DNA of 64,000 nt from Chloroflexota bacterium (GTDB taxonomy: Bacteria; Chloroflexota; Limnocylindria; Limnocylindrales; CSP1-4): assembly GCA_021802585.1 (NCBI GenBank), contig JAJZRQ010000001.1, positions 11,234 through 75,233 of the forward strand, read 5' to 3'. Shown here one piece after another: positions 19,397 to 32,700 of the stretch. Positions within the stretch are counted from its first letter, which is position 1. Every line of letters begins with the position of its first letter. A program made the position numbers and the translations under genes. The notes under the pieces are model-generated. The model saw only the letters and a list, made by a program, of their open reading frames with translations, was not told where the DNA came from and ran no database searches.

Positions 19397-19421
19397 GACC
19401 CCGGGTCTCGCGCCCGGGGTC
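19397..19421 (+). terminator. Hairpin downstream of rpsT (9-bp perfect stem, no U-tract)
   Basis: GACCCCGGG-tctcgcg-CCCGGGGTC 37 nt after the rpsT stop. Confidence 0.35.
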
Positions 19422-19472
19422 GCTCGTTCCCGCCGCCCGTTCGCCGGGCCGATCGCTCGATAGACTCCGCTC

Positions 19473-20438
19473 GTGCCCATCGCGGCGGTGCTCCTCGTCC
19501 TCGCCTCTTCGATCTTCCACGTCGCCTGGAACGCACTCGTCAAGACGTCGGGCGATCCCCTCGCCACCGCGACCCGCGCCGTCGGGCTCGGCGTCCTCGC
19601 GGCGACGCCGCTCGCGGTCGTCGCCTGGCTCGCCACCGGGCGCCCCACGCTCGCCCCCGAGGGCTGGCTCGTGGCCCTCGCCTCGGGGATCGTCTCGGCC
19701 GCCTATTTCGTCCCCCTCTCGGCCGCGTACCGGCGGGGCGCGCTCTCGTCCGTCTACCCCGTCGCCCGCGGATCCGGCGCGCTCCTCGGCGTCCTCGCGG
19801 GTGTCGCGATCCTCGGCGAACGCCTCGCCCCGCCGGGGTTCCTCGGCGTCGCGCTCCTCCTCGGGGGGACGCTGACCGCCGCCGCCGCGACGGCCTCGCG
19901 GGCCACCGTCCTCCCCGCGCTCCTCGCCGGGTGCGCAGTCGCGGGCTACTCCGCGCTCGACCGCGTCGGCGTGCGGACCGGCCCCGCATGGCTCTACGCG
20001 TGGGCCCTCTGGACCGTGTGCGCCCTGGGGTTGCTCGCGTGGCGGCGGATCGCCCCGCGACTCCTCGCCCGGCTCGGGGGAGGCGCCACGACGGCGACCG
20101 TCACCGCGGCCGCCCCGGCCTCTGACCCGGCCCCGGTCGTCCTCGCCGGCGGCGCCGGGGAGCTGCGCGCCCCGCGCCCCATCGCGCCCGCAGTGCCCGC
20201 CGCCGAGCTCCGCCGCTCGCTCGCGGCCGGCCTCCTCATCATCGGGACGTACATGCTCATCCTCCTCGCCTTCCAGATCGCGCCGCTCGCCGGCGTCGCG
20301 CCGCTCCGCGAGGCGACGACGATCCTCGCCGCGGCGTGGGGCGTCATCGCCCTCGGCGAGCGCGATCGGGCGGCGATCCGCCTCGCCGCGGCGGGGGCGG
20401 TGGCCGGCGGGGCGATCCTCCTCGCCGTCGGCGGCTGA
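19473..20438 (+). CDS. EamA/DMT-family transporter (10-TM drug/metabolite exporter)
   Basis: 321 aa with two EamA-like hydrophobic halves and a GTG start. Confidence 0.7.
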   Translation: MPIAAVLLVLASSIFHVAWNALVKTSGDPLATATRAVGLGVLAATPLAVVAWLATGRPTLAPEGWLVALASGIVSAAYFVPLSAAYRRGALSSVYPVARGSGALLGVLAGVAILGERLAPPGFLGVALLLGGTLTAAAATASRATVLPALLAGCAVAGYSALDRVGVRTGPAWLYAWALWTVCALGLLAWRRIAPRLLARLGGGATTATVTAAAPASDPAPVVLAGGAGELRAPRPIAPAVPAAELRRSLAAGLLIIGTYMLILLAFQIAPLAGVAPLREATTILAAAWGVIALGERDRAAIRLAAAGAVAGGAILLAVGG

Positions 20439-20488
20439 AGCGGCGGCGCGGCCGCCGGCCGCCGAGCGGCGGGGGTCAGCGGCGGAGG

Positions 20489-21409
20489 TCAGCGGCCTTC
20501 CGACCGCCCCCGGGCCACGGCGAACGCCTGCCGCACGAGGGCCCGGTCGTCCTCGTACGTGAGCGTGTCGAGCGCGTTGCTCTCGCTGACGAAGGCCGCG
20601 TCACCCAGGACTGCCTCGAGCCGGAGGTCCCCGCCGACGAGCCGCCCGACGAACCAGTCGACCCGCTTGCGGTCCCGGAGGCCCGGCCCGAACCGGTACC
20701 GGGTGGGCCCGAGGGATCCCGCGATCTCGATCGCCAGGCCGGTCTCCTCGCGGACCTCGCGGACCGCGGCGGCGGCCGCGGTTTCGCCGCGCTCGAGGTG
20801 CCCCTTCGGCAGCACCCACTCAGCGCGATCGGAAGGCCGCACGACGAGGCACCGCTCGCCGTCCATGACGACGGCGCCGGCGGACTGGTGGAAGATCTGC
20901 GGCCGGCGTCGTCCCGGCTGGGTCGGCTCAGTCGCCATCGGGCGTCTCCTCTCCTGGGATTCGGGGGGTCGGCGTCGGCTCGCCCCGCGGCGCGCCACCC
21001 CGATCAGCGATGCGCTCGATCTCGAGCAGCAGGTGCTGGAGCCGCTCGATCGCCGGGTCGAGTCGCGCGCGACGGCGGGCTCCACCGCGCCGTGACCGCG
21101 CCGGCTTGCGGAGCGGAGGTCGCCCACGCTTTGCCAGGCCATGGCCACGATGGCGACGATGCGGCGCGCGGAGTCCTGCTCCTCGCGCGGGAGGCCGAGT
21201 GCGGCCGCGAGCCCGGTGATCTCGGCCCGCAGCGCGCCGACGACGCCGGCGATCCTCCACCGATCGTCGGGGCTCAGCCGGGCGCGGTCGCGACGGTACA
21301 GGGTGCCAATCTCGTCCGTGTCGAGGAGCGCGTCGACCGTGGCCAGCCGCTCCTCGAGGTTGCGGAGGCGAATCGCGATCGCCCGCTCGTGGTTCGCTGC
21401 GAGACTCAT
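20489..21409 (-). CDS. Nudix hydrolase fused to an N-terminal ~115-aa helical domain of unknown function (gene C of the MutS-like operon)
   Basis: The C-terminal 150 aa carry the Nudix box GHLERGETAAAAAVREVREETGL. The N-terminus (MSLAANHERAIAIRLRNLEERLATVDALL...) is joined by a low-complexity linker, and an internal ATG at 20938 could be an alternative Nudix-only start. The start ATG overlaps the stop of the upstream MutS-like gene (ATGA). Confidence 0.7.
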   Translation of the reverse strand: MSLAANHERAIAIRLRNLEERLATVDALLDTDEIGTLYRRDRARLSPDDRWRIAGVVGALRAEITGLAAALGLPREEQDSARRIVAIVAMAWQSVGDLRSASRRGHGAVEPAVARDSTRRSSGSSTCCSRSSASLIGVARRGASRRRPPESQERRRPMATEPTQPGRRRPQIFHQSAGAVVMDGERCLVVRPSDRAEWVLPKGHLERGETAAAAAVREVREETGLAIEIAGSLGPTRYRFGPGLRDRKRVDWFVGRLVGGDLRLEAVLGDAAFVSESNALDTLTYEDDRALVRQAFAVARGRSEGR

Positions 21410-23004
21410 CCGATCGCCCCGCCGAGTCCCCGGCGCGGGAGGATCACGGCGCCAGCGGCGGCGGCGGCGCCCTCAACGGGTCCCATTGCGGCGTCCGTCG
21501 TCGGTGCTCCCGGCGGGTCGGCACCGAAGACGCGCCGGTAGACGTCCGCGCCGAAGCTCGTTGGCAGCGGCTCCGCCTCGAGGAGCCGGAACGTCCGCCG
21601 GCCGTCCGGGCCCCGCTCCGCGCGAAGGAACAGGGCGTCCGGCCCGAGCTCCCCGTGGAGCCCGGCGGCGAGATCGTAGAGGTGCGTGACGTAGACGACC
21701 TTGACCCCCGCGTCGAGGAGCGGCGCGAGGATCTGCCGGGCGATCTCGGAGCCCTCGCGCTCGTTCGTCGAGGCGAACGATTCGTTCAGGAGCACGAGGC
21801 TGGCGGGGGTCACGCGATCGACGAGCACGCTCATCCGGCCCAGCTCCTCGTCGAGCTTGCCGCTCCGCAGGCTCGCGTCCTCCTCGCGCCGGAAGTGGCA
21901 GAGCACACGGTCGCGGACGTCCGCCCGGAACGACCGGGCGGCGACGAACATCCCGGCCTGCATCATGAGCTGGGCGATCCCGATGCTCCGCAGGAACGTC
22001 GACTTGCCGCCCCGGTTCGCGCCGGTGACCATGACGAGCCGCCGGCCGTCGGCCTGCACGTCGTTGCCGACGATCCGCTCGACCCCGAGGAGCGCGAGGC
22101 ACGGGTCGTAGATGCCCGTGGCGGCGAGCGCCGGGCGGCCGGCCGGGAGCGGCTCGGGGAAGCAGGTGGCCTCGCCCGCCCCGGCGAGGCGCTCGTGGAG
22201 GTTCAGCGCGCCGACGTAGAAGCCCAGCTCCGCGCGGAGGAGCCGGAAGAAGCCGAGGATGTGGTCGGCAGACTGGGCCAGGGCGATGGCCGCGAGGGCC
22301 ACTCCCCGACCCTTCAGGTCGCCGAGGGCGCGCGCGCCGGCGTCGTCACGCTCGGCGATCTCGTACGTGAGGCTCGGCCGGTCCGGGAGGCCGAGCCACT
22401 CCCGCCAGCCGCGCCTCGCGTGGCGGGGCCGACGCAGGACGTAGCCCGTGCCCCGGTTCGCCAGCCCGAGCCGGGCGCTCATGAGGACGTCGTCCCGACG
22501 GAGCCGTCGGAGGTGGTCGTCCACGGTCCGGAGGTACGCGTCGTCGAGCTCGGCGGCGAGCATCGCGAGGAGCCGGCGGAGGCCGTCGGACGCGACCTCG
22601 GCGCCGTGGGCGTCGGCGAGGGTCCGCAGCTTCCGCAGGTGGACGACGAAGAGGTCGAGCACCCGCACCGCGCGCCCGAGCACCGAACCCGGGTGATCGG
22701 AGGCCGCGCCCCAGATCCGCCGCTCGCCCTCGATCGCGTCGACGGCGATCGCGTACGCCTCGCGCACGACCTCGGGCCGATGAAGGGCGTCGGCGAGGAT
22801 CGCCTGCCGGTACCGGATCGTTGCCGGGTCGTCGACGGTCGCCGCGAGGGCCTGGCGGGCCACGTCGCGGAGGAACGGGTCACCGGCGCCCATCGCCTCG
22901 AAGACGATCTCGAGCCCGAGATCGCGGATCACGTCGTCGACGCCCGGCGCGAGGGTGCGCGCGGGGTCGAAGTCCTCGTCCGGGTAGAGGAGGTGGACCT
23001 TCAC
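21406..23004 (-). CDS. MutS-family ABC ATPase paralog B (domain V only; no mismatch-recognition, Smr or endonuclease domain)
   Basis: Walker A VTGANRGGKSTFLRSIGI, Walker B/D-loop LVLLNESFASTNEREG, and a MutS C-terminal helix region. The GTG start overlaps the stop of paralog A (GTGA). Confidence 0.8.
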   Translation of the reverse strand: MKVHLLYPDEDFDPARTLAPGVDDVIRDLGLEIVFEAMGAGDPFLRDVARQALAATVDDPATIRYRQAILADALHRPEVVREAYAIAVDAIEGERRIWGAASDHPGSVLGRAVRVLDLFVVHLRKLRTLADAHGAEVASDGLRRLLAMLAAELDDAYLRTVDDHLRRLRRDDVLMSARLGLANRGTGYVLRRPRHARRGWREWLGLPDRPSLTYEIAERDDAGARALGDLKGRGVALAAIALAQSADHILGFFRLLRAELGFYVGALNLHERLAGAGEATCFPEPLPAGRPALAATGIYDPCLALLGVERIVGNDVQADGRRLVMVTGANRGGKSTFLRSIGIAQLMMQAGMFVAARSFRADVRDRVLCHFRREEDASLRSGKLDEELGRMSVLVDRVTPASLVLLNESFASTNEREGSEIARQILAPLLDAGVKVVYVTHLYDLAAGLHGELGPDALFLRAERGPDGRRTFRLLEAEPLPTSFGADVYRRVFGADPPGAPTTDAAMGPVEGAAAAAGAVILPRRGLGGAIG

Positions 23005-24554
23005 CGCGCGAGCCGCTCCGCCACGGAGGCCCGGGTCAGCCGGTGCTTCTCGGCGATCGCGAGCGCGTAGGCGAGGCCGTCCGCCGGGCGACGTTCCACC
23101 CGGAACGTCCGCCGCCCCGGATCGGCGGGGTCGACGGCGCCGACCATGCTGACGGTCGCGGGCCCGAGTGACGCGAGCTCGTCGAGGAACGTCACGGTGA
23201 CGCAGAGCATCCCCCGCTCGACGACGGTCCCGAGCACCGCGCGGTTGAGGAGGAGGGCGTCGGTCGGCGTCGTCGAACTGAAGCTCTCGTTCATGACGAC
23301 GAGGCTCCGGGCGGTCGCCTCGGCGAGGATCGCGTGGATCCGGCGAAGGTCGTCCTCCAGCTTCCCGCTGAGGTTCTCGGCGTCCTCCTCGCGCTCGAAG
23401 TGGGTGAAGATCCCGTCGACGAGGGCCACCCCGGCGGCCGTGCCCGGCACGAGCCCGCCGATCGCCGCGAGGTGGTGGACCTGCCCGACCATCCGGGAGA
23501 ATGTCGTCTTGCCGCCCTGGTTCGGCCCCGTCACCACGACGATCCGTTCCGGATCCTCGAGGCGGAACGAGTTGGGGACGACGGCACCGCCCTCGGGGAC
23601 GAGCGTGAGCGCGAGGGCGAGGTCGAACGCCCCGTCGGCGTGGGTCGTCGGCGGCCGGGTCGCGACCTCCGGGTAGCAGAACGGCAGGCCGGCGTCGCGG
23701 AGGCGCTCGACGAGCTCGAGGTACCCGAGGTAGAACTGCACCTCGCGGTCGAACCGGGCGATCGTTCCGTCGACGACATCGGCGTGGGCGGCGACGTGCG
23801 CGTCGAGATCCCCGAACGGTCCCGGATGGAGGCGGGCGACCCGCTCGAGGATCGCCCCCTCGACGTGGTTGAGGTCGCCGCCGACGGGCAGGCGGAAGGC
23901 GTGCTCGCGTGGCGCGCCCTGGCGGAACTTCTCGAACGCGTCGAGCACCTCGGCGCCGTAGTCGGGCTCGTCCTCGCAGGCGCTCACCGTGACCCGCGGG
24001 CCGGAGACCTGGAGGCGGTACGTCACGGCGTCGAGCCCGGCGCGGACCCGGTCGGTGTCCGCCCGGAGCGCCGCGAAGCCGGGGGACCCCACGACGCCGG
24101 CGAGATGGGCCTCGAGCCCCCGAAGCCCCGTGGAGCGCGGCTCCGCCCGCGCGAGGTCGTCGGCGAGGGACACGACTGCGGCCACATACGCGGCGGCGGC
24201 GGCGAGGTGCCAGCGGGCCCGCTCGTGGCGGTAGCGGACCCGCGCGGCGCGCGTCGCGTGGCCGCGCATCGTCCGCATCCGCGCGGCAAACGACGTGACC
24301 GCGCCGCGGACCTCCGGCCGCTCGAGGTCCCGGAACACGTCATGGCGGTAGGCCACGGTGACGACGTCCCGGAGCCGGGTGAGGAAGATGGGCCCGAGGT
24401 CGTACGCCTCGCGGCCGGCGGTCATCGCCGCGACGATCTCGTCGAGGTGGAGGTCCACGACGACGTCGCCGCCGGTCGTGGACCCGGCCGTGGGCTCGGC
24501 GTCGGACCCGTCGAACAGGATGCTCCGGAACGGCACGCGTCGTCTCACCTGCAC
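23001..24554 (-). CDS. MutS-family ABC ATPase paralog A (domain V only)
   Basis: VTGPNQGGKTTFSRMVGQ and LVVMNESFSSTTPTD. Its N-terminal half is unrelated to MutS1 mismatch-binding domains but resembles paralog B. It is the first gene of the coupled three-gene operon. Confidence 0.8.
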   Translation of the reverse strand: MQVRRRVPFRSILFDGSDAEPTAGSTTGGDVVVDLHLDEIVAAMTAGREAYDLGPIFLTRLRDVVTVAYRHDVFRDLERPEVRGAVTSFAARMRTMRGHATRAARVRYRHERARWHLAAAAAYVAAVVSLADDLARAEPRSTGLRGLEAHLAGVVGSPGFAALRADTDRVRAGLDAVTYRLQVSGPRVTVSACEDEPDYGAEVLDAFEKFRQGAPREHAFRLPVGGDLNHVEGAILERVARLHPGPFGDLDAHVAAHADVVDGTIARFDREVQFYLGYLELVERLRDAGLPFCYPEVATRPPTTHADGAFDLALALTLVPEGGAVVPNSFRLEDPERIVVVTGPNQGGKTTFSRMVGQVHHLAAIGGLVPGTAAGVALVDGIFTHFEREEDAENLSGKLEDDLRRIHAILAEATARSLVVMNESFSSTTPTDALLLNRAVLGTVVERGMLCVTVTFLDELASLGPATVSMVGAVDPADPGRRTFRVERRPADGLAYALAIAEKHRLTRASVAERLAR

Positions 24555-24847
24555 GAACGCGATCGACCTGCCCGCGCCGGCGTCGCCCTCCGAGGCCTCG
24601 CGGCGCCGGCTCCGCCCGGGCGGGGCGGCCCGCCGCTCGCGGCGCCTGAAACGGAAAAGGCTCCCGGGACCAGAGTCCCAGAAGCCATCACCCGTCGGAC
24701 GGATTACGCGAGCTTCATCGCGTTCGGTTGTCGTGCCCGATTGTTGGGCCCGGACGCGGCGCTGTCAAACGGCCGGCAGGACCCGCGGGCATTGCGGCCG
24801 CTCGGCGAGGGGTCGCCGCGTCGGCCGCCGGGACCGACGGGCGGGCC

Positions 24848-25435
24848 TCAGGCGATCGGCGGGCCGCCGGGCTGGCCGGGGGCGGGCGCCGCCGCCGCGC
24901 CCTTCGGGCGGGCGATGCCGTACGCCGCCGCTCCGCCGAGGCCCCCGAGGAGGACGAGCACGAAGACCGTGCCGGCGGTCCCGAGCTGCTCCCGCCAGTA
25001 GAGGGCGGTGAACTCCTCGACGGTCGCGACGCCGGCAGCCTCGAAGCCGGGCCCGCGGCCCTCGGCGAGGTAGCGCCGGAAGACGCAGTCGGCGCCGATC
25101 CGGCAGCCCTGGATCGGGCCGCCGTCGGCGGCGCCCCGGTACCCGTTGTCAGCGGTGAAGAAGATCCACTTCGTCCCGAGAACGATCGCGGCGAGGGTGG
25201 CCGCGGTGAGGAGCCCGGCCCACGCGCCGTTCGCGAGGATCCGGGACCACGGGCCGCCGAGCCGGTTCGCTCGGGCATTCGCGTAGTACCCGATCACGAG
25301 CCCGGCGGGTAGCGCGAGGATCCAGATGACGGGCTCGATCGGGATCACGAGGAGGAACGAGACGGCGATCGTGAGGGCCATCCCGACCCCCACCCAGCCG
25401 GCGTAGACCGCGCCGCGGTCGACCCACCGGCTCAT
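24848..25435 (-). CDS. Hypothetical integral membrane protein
   Basis: 195 aa with 4-5 predicted TM helices and host-like codon usage. Confidence 0.5.
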   Translation of the reverse strand: MSRWVDRGAVYAGWVGVGMALTIAVSFLLVIPIEPVIWILALPAGLVIGYYANARANRLGGPWSRILANGAWAGLLTAATLAAIVLGTKWIFFTADNGYRGAADGGPIQGCRIGADCVFRRYLAEGRGPGFEAAGVATVEEFTALYWREQLGTAGTVFVLVLLGGLGGAAAYGIARPKGAAAAPAPGQPGGPPIA

Positions 25436-25547
25436 CGGTCCCGACCTCCGACGCGCGGCCGCCCCACGGCGCCGGCCGGGGACGGGGACGCGTCGGCGCC
25501 GGCCGGGCGGTCGGCCGGCGCCGGGAGGGACGCAGCGTCGGCGGGAA

Positions 25548-28124
<2,577 letters not shown>

Positions 28125-29135
28125 TCAGAGGCCCTTGTCGATCATGAACTTCACGAGGTCGGCGACGCGGCAGCTGTAGCCCCACTCGTTGTCGTACCAG
28201 GCGATGACCTTCACGAAGTTGCCGCCGAGGACCATCGTCGAGGCCGAGTCGACGATCGAGCTCCGCGGGTCGCCCCGGAAGTCGGAGGAGACGAGCGGCT
28301 CGTCGGACACGCCGAGGATCCCCGCCATCGGGCCCGCGGCGGCGGCCCGGAACGCCGCGTTCAGCTCCTCGACCGAGGCCTCCTTCTCCAGCTCGGCGGT
28401 GAAGTCGACGACGGAGACCGTCGGGGTCGGGACCCGGAGGCTGAAGCCGTCGAACTTGCCCTTGAGGTCGGGGATGACGAGGGCCAGGGCCTTCGCCGCG
28501 CCGGTCGTCGTCGGGATGATGTTCTGCCCCGCGGCGCGAGCCCGGCGCGGGTCCTTGTGGGCGACGTCGAGGATCCGCTGGTCGTTCGTGTACGAGTGGA
28601 TCGTGTTCATGAGGCCGCGCCGGATCGTCCAGCCGTCGTGGACGACCTTCGCCGCGGGCGCCAGGCAGTTCGTCGTGCAGCTGGCGTTGCTGACCACGTC
28701 GTGCTTCGCCGGGTCGTACGCGGCGTCGTTGACGCCGAGGACGATCGTCACGTCCTCCTTCTTCGCGGGGGCGCTGATGAGGACCTTCTTCGCGCCGGCG
28801 GCGAGATGGGCGCGGGCCTTGTCGGCATCGGTGAAGCGGCCGGTCGACTCGATGACGATCTCGACCCCCAGGTCCTTCCACGGGAGCTGGGCCGGGTCGG
28901 TGACCTGGAGGACCTTGATCTCGCGGCCGTCGACGACGATCGCGTCGTCCGTGTGCGTGACGGTGCCGGGATACGCGCCGTACGTCGAGTCGTGCTTGAA
29001 GAGGAGCGCGTTCATCGCAACGTCGACGATGTCGTTGACGGCGACGACCTCGGCGTCCGGGGCGCGCTCGATGAGCGCCTTGAGCGACTGCCGGCCGATC
29101 CGGCCGAACCCGTTGATGCCGACGCGAACGGACAT
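28125..29135 (-). CDS. gap: Glyceraldehyde-3-phosphate dehydrogenase (type I)
   Basis: [13 protein letters not shown]-binding motif and the [10 protein letters not shown] catalytic Cys. The start is set to the ATG at 29135, with a GGAGG RBS 8 nt upstream (336 aa). Confidence 0.95.
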   Translation of the reverse strand: MSVRVGINGFGRIGRQSLKALIERAPDAEVVAVNDIVDVAMNALLFKHDSTYGAYPGTVTHTDDAIVVDGREIKVLQVTDPAQLPWKDLGVEIVIESTGRFTDADKARAHLAAGAKKVLISAPAKKEDVTIVLGVNDAAYDPAKHDVVSNASCTTNCLAPAAKVVHDGWTIRRGLMNTIHSYTNDQRILDVAHKDPRRARAAGQNIIPTTTGAAKALALVIPDLKGKFDGFSLRVPTPTVSVVDFTAELEKEASVEELNAAFRAAAAGPMAGILGVSDEPLVSSDFRGDPRSSIVDSASTMVLGGNFVKVIAWYDNEWGYSCRVADLVKFMIDKGL

Positions 29136-29499
29136 GCTGTGAACCTCCGCTGTGCGGTGACTGGTCAGGGGGAAGGGCGCGCCCCCGGGGTGCGCGCGGG
29201 AACGGCGACGGGAGCCGGCCGGTCGTCCTGGGGAACGGGGATCCCGGCGGAGCGGACCGCGGCGTCGGACGCCGGCAGCCCGCCGAGGTCGAAGGCGGTG
29301 AACGGCCGTGGGGACACAGGACCTCGTCGTAGCGTTGGGAACCGCGGCCATTCTAGCAAGGGGCCCCGCGAGGCCCTCGGTCCGAGCGGCACTCGCTCGG
29401 GGTCCGAACGTCTCCCGAGCGCGCGGTGAGCCGCGTCGGGAATCGGAGGGCCCCCGCCGTTCCCGGCGGGGGCCCTTCGCAGCGTCGAAGTCCGGGCGA

Positions 29500-29640
29500 T
29501 CAGCCGCCGATCTTGAACATCTTCGTGCCGCAGACCGGGCACACGCCGGAGAGGGCAGGCTTTCCGTTCTTCATCGTGATGTTCTGCGCGTTCTTCACTT
29601 CGCGCTTCGCCTTGCACTTGACGCAGTAGGCCTCGGCCAC
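29500..29640 (-). CDS. Small zinc-ribbon protein (46 aa, two CxxC pairs); not in ORF track
   Basis: [46 protein letters not shown]. It has a GTG start with a GGGAGG RBS 9 nt upstream. A GC hairpin (GGGCCCCCGCCG-ttc-CGGCGGGGGCCC, ~29449-29478) lies just downstream. Confidence 0.65.
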   Translation of the reverse strand: MAEAYCVKCKAKREVKNAQNITMKNGKPALSGVCPVCGTKMFKIGG

Positions 29641-29792
29641 CCCAGGAGCCTCCCTTCACGAGTGCGGACGTCGCGGAGCCCGTCGCCCTGCGCTCGTCCC
29701 TTGGAGCGAGACGGCTTCGCGGCCGGGGCGGGCGTATCCCACGCTCGGCGGCCCGAAACTCGCGCGAGCATAGGCACGCCCGATCACGAGCG

Positions 29793-32700
29793 TCAAGCCG
29801 GATCGCGCACGCTCGGCGGGGCCACCCCTCGAGCGGGACCGGCGAAGGCGACGATCCGGGCGGCGACCCGCGCCTCGGTGCGTCGCCGCGCGCGCCGCCA
29901 GCGCACCGCCGCCACGACGGCCCAGCCCACCGCGAGGAGCAGGGCGAGCCCAACGCCGGTGGCGAGCGCGGCGCCGTCGGGCGGCTCCTCGGCGGCCGCG
30001 CCGCCGTCGGAGCGGAGCCCGTCCGCGGCGAGCGAGGCATCCGCGGCCCCGGCCGGGAACCAGCCGGGGCCGCGGTCGGCCGCCGTCGCGTCCCCCGATG
30101 CGGCGGCCTCGAGCGGGAGCGCCTCGCCGAGGTCGCCGAGCCGGACGAGGTCGGCCGCGAGCGCGACCTCGACGCGCGCCCCGGCACCCGCGCCGACGAC
30201 CCGGCCGGTGGCGCCGACCGCGTCGCCCGGCTCGAGGAGCGGGAGGAGGGCGGCTGCATCGCCGACGAGGGCGAGGTCGCCGGTCGCGGTCCCGTCGTCG
30301 AGGCGGACGCGCCCGCCGGCGATCGCAACGACGAGCCCGCCGACGCGGACGCGGCGCCCGCCGAGGCTCGCGATCGCGGAGAGGTCCGCGTCGACGGCCT
30401 CGGCGGCGGTCGCGGGGACGCTCGTCGTGCGGCCGCCGGACGACGGGCCGCCCGTGACCGATCCCCCGCCGGCGGCCGCGGCCGCGGCGCCGCCCGGGCG
30501 GGTCATGATGTCCGCCGGGCCGCGCGGCACCACGGCGAAGCGGCGGTCGGTCGATGCCGGGTGCGGGCGCCGGACGACGCCGACGACGACCACGACGGCG
30601 CCTTCCGCGACCGTCGTCGGGTCGATCGCCGCCCCGGCAAGACCGACGACGACGACCGTCGCGCCCGCCGTGCGGACCTCTGCCCGCCACCGGTCGCCGA
30701 AGCGCCGCAGGTCGACGACGCGGCCCGCGACGCGGACGAGCTCGCCCTCGTCGCCCGGGCCGGGCGCGCCGGAGAGCGCCAGGGCGGCGGGCATCGCCGC
30801 CCGGCCGAGGGGCGTCGCCGTCGCGGCGCGGATGCGCGGCGCTCCGTACGCCGTCCCCATCTCCCCCTCGACCCGCAGCAGGGTGCCCGGAGGCGGTCCC
30901 GTCGTGCCTGCCGGGAGGAGCACCTCGACGGCCGCCGTCGCGTCCTGGACGATCGTCCGCCGTCCGGTCGCGTCGAGGAGGCTCGCGGGGATCGTCACGA
31001 CGCCCTCGACGGCGACACGATCGCCCGGGGCGCGGAGGGCCGCGGCGATCGGGAGGATCGTCGCGCCGGCGGTCGGTCCCGCGGAGGCCGTCGGCGACGG
31101 GGACGGGGACGCCGTCACGACGAGGTCGGCGCCGTCCCGGAGCCAGACCCGGTACCCGTCGAGAGCGCCCTTGCGCGACGCCCGCTGGCCGGCGATCCCG
31201 GTCAGGCGCACCCGCGCCCCGGGTCGCGCGACCGCGGGCTCGATCCCGCTCGCCACCGCCGCGCGGGCGACGAACGGCGCTCCCGTCACGTCGACGAGGC
31301 GCAGGACGAGGTCGCCGCCTGATTCCCGCGCGGTCGCCCGGTCGAGAATCCCGTCGACGACGACGAGCCGCCCTTCGGTCGCCTCCCCGAGCGAGGCGGC
31401 CACCGCGGGGAGTGGCGCCGGCAGGGCGGCCGTGCCGCCGACCGCGACGTCCGCGGCGGCGGGTCGGAGCTCGAGCTGGCCGTACGGCTCGGCGAGCCTC
31501 CCGCTCGCCCGGAGGATCGTGCCGCGGACCGGCCGGGGCGCCCCGTCGGGGAGCCGCACGACGAGCGCGCCGCTCGCGTCCTGGATCGCGATCTGCGGGG
31601 GCAGGTCGAGCGTGCCGGCCTCGGCGGTGACGACGCCCTCGACGGTCACGCGGGCTCCGGAGCCGGCGACGCGAGCCGCCGCGATCGGGACGGGAGCCGG
31701 GCCGGGCGTCGCGGTCGGCGCGGGCGTCGGCGTGGGCGCGGGCGTCGGCGTGGGCGCAGGGGAGGGCGACGGCGACGGGGAGGCGCTCGGGACGGGCGCC
31801 GGGGACGGGGTCGGCGCCGGGGACGGGGACGGGGCGATGGCGAGAGATGCGGCGTCGGCGACGAAGACGCGGTAGCCTTCGGCACCGGTCCCCGACGAAT
31901 CGCGCTGGCCGAGGGGCCCGCTCACCGTCACGCGGTCGCCGCGCCGGAGCACGGGGGGCTCGGCGAAGGCGAGGATCGCCCGGAGGGGGCCGCTCCCGTC
32001 GTCGAGCAGGACCGACACGCCGCTCGCGAGGGGCGACGGCGCCTCGGCGAGCGGCGCCTCGACCCGGACGAGCCGCCCTTCGAGCGCCTCGGATGCGTCG
32101 CCGGTCGAGATCGCGAGCGGCTCCGGCCACGACGCCGCCCCGAGGAGGTCCGGAGGCCCGTCGAGGCGGATCGTCCGCTGGCCGTAGCGATCGTTTACCG
32201 TGCCGGCGGCAAGCGCGAGATGGCCCGCCGGCAGCACGCCGGCCGCGGCGGAGGGGAGGAGGAGGGCGATCCCCGCGGTCGCGTCCTCGAGGAAGCCGCC
32301 GAGCCCGTCCTCGAGGCTGCCGAGTGGCACCGTCAGGACTCCCCGGACGAGGACGCGCGTGCCGTCGGGCGCAGCCCGGGCGACGGCCACGTCGACGGCG
32401 GCAGGGGCGGGCGTGGTGGTCGGGGTCGGCGACGGCGTGGGGTCGGGCGACGGCGTGGGGTCGGGCGACGGCGTGGGGTCGGGCGACGGCGTGGGGGCGG
32501 GCGACGGCGTGGGGGCGGGCGTCGCGGTCGGGGTCGGCGACGGCGTGGGCTCGGGCGTCGGCGTGGGCGCGGGCGTCGGCGTCGGGGTGGGTCCGGGGGT
32601 CGGGGCCGGCGTCGGAGCCGGTGCGGGCGTCGCCGAAGGACCCGGAGCCGGGGCCGGGGCGCTCGCGAGGGGCTGGGGGACCGGGGCCGTCGTCACCGCC

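Noticed and set aside
18365-19648. Minus-strand ORFs (427, 304, 211 aa) antisense to rpsT
   Set aside because: These are the mirror image of the Ala/Lys-rich tail (translating as Ala/Gly/Arg runs). The plus-strand S20 core is unmistakable.
32380-32660. Short tandem nucleotide repeats (GGCGTGGGGTCGGGCGAC-like units) that superficially resemble a repeat array
   Set aside because: They lie inside the coding sequence of the surface protein and simply encode its PTPSPD linker repeats. There are no spacers of unique sequence and no cas genes, so this is not a CRISPR array.
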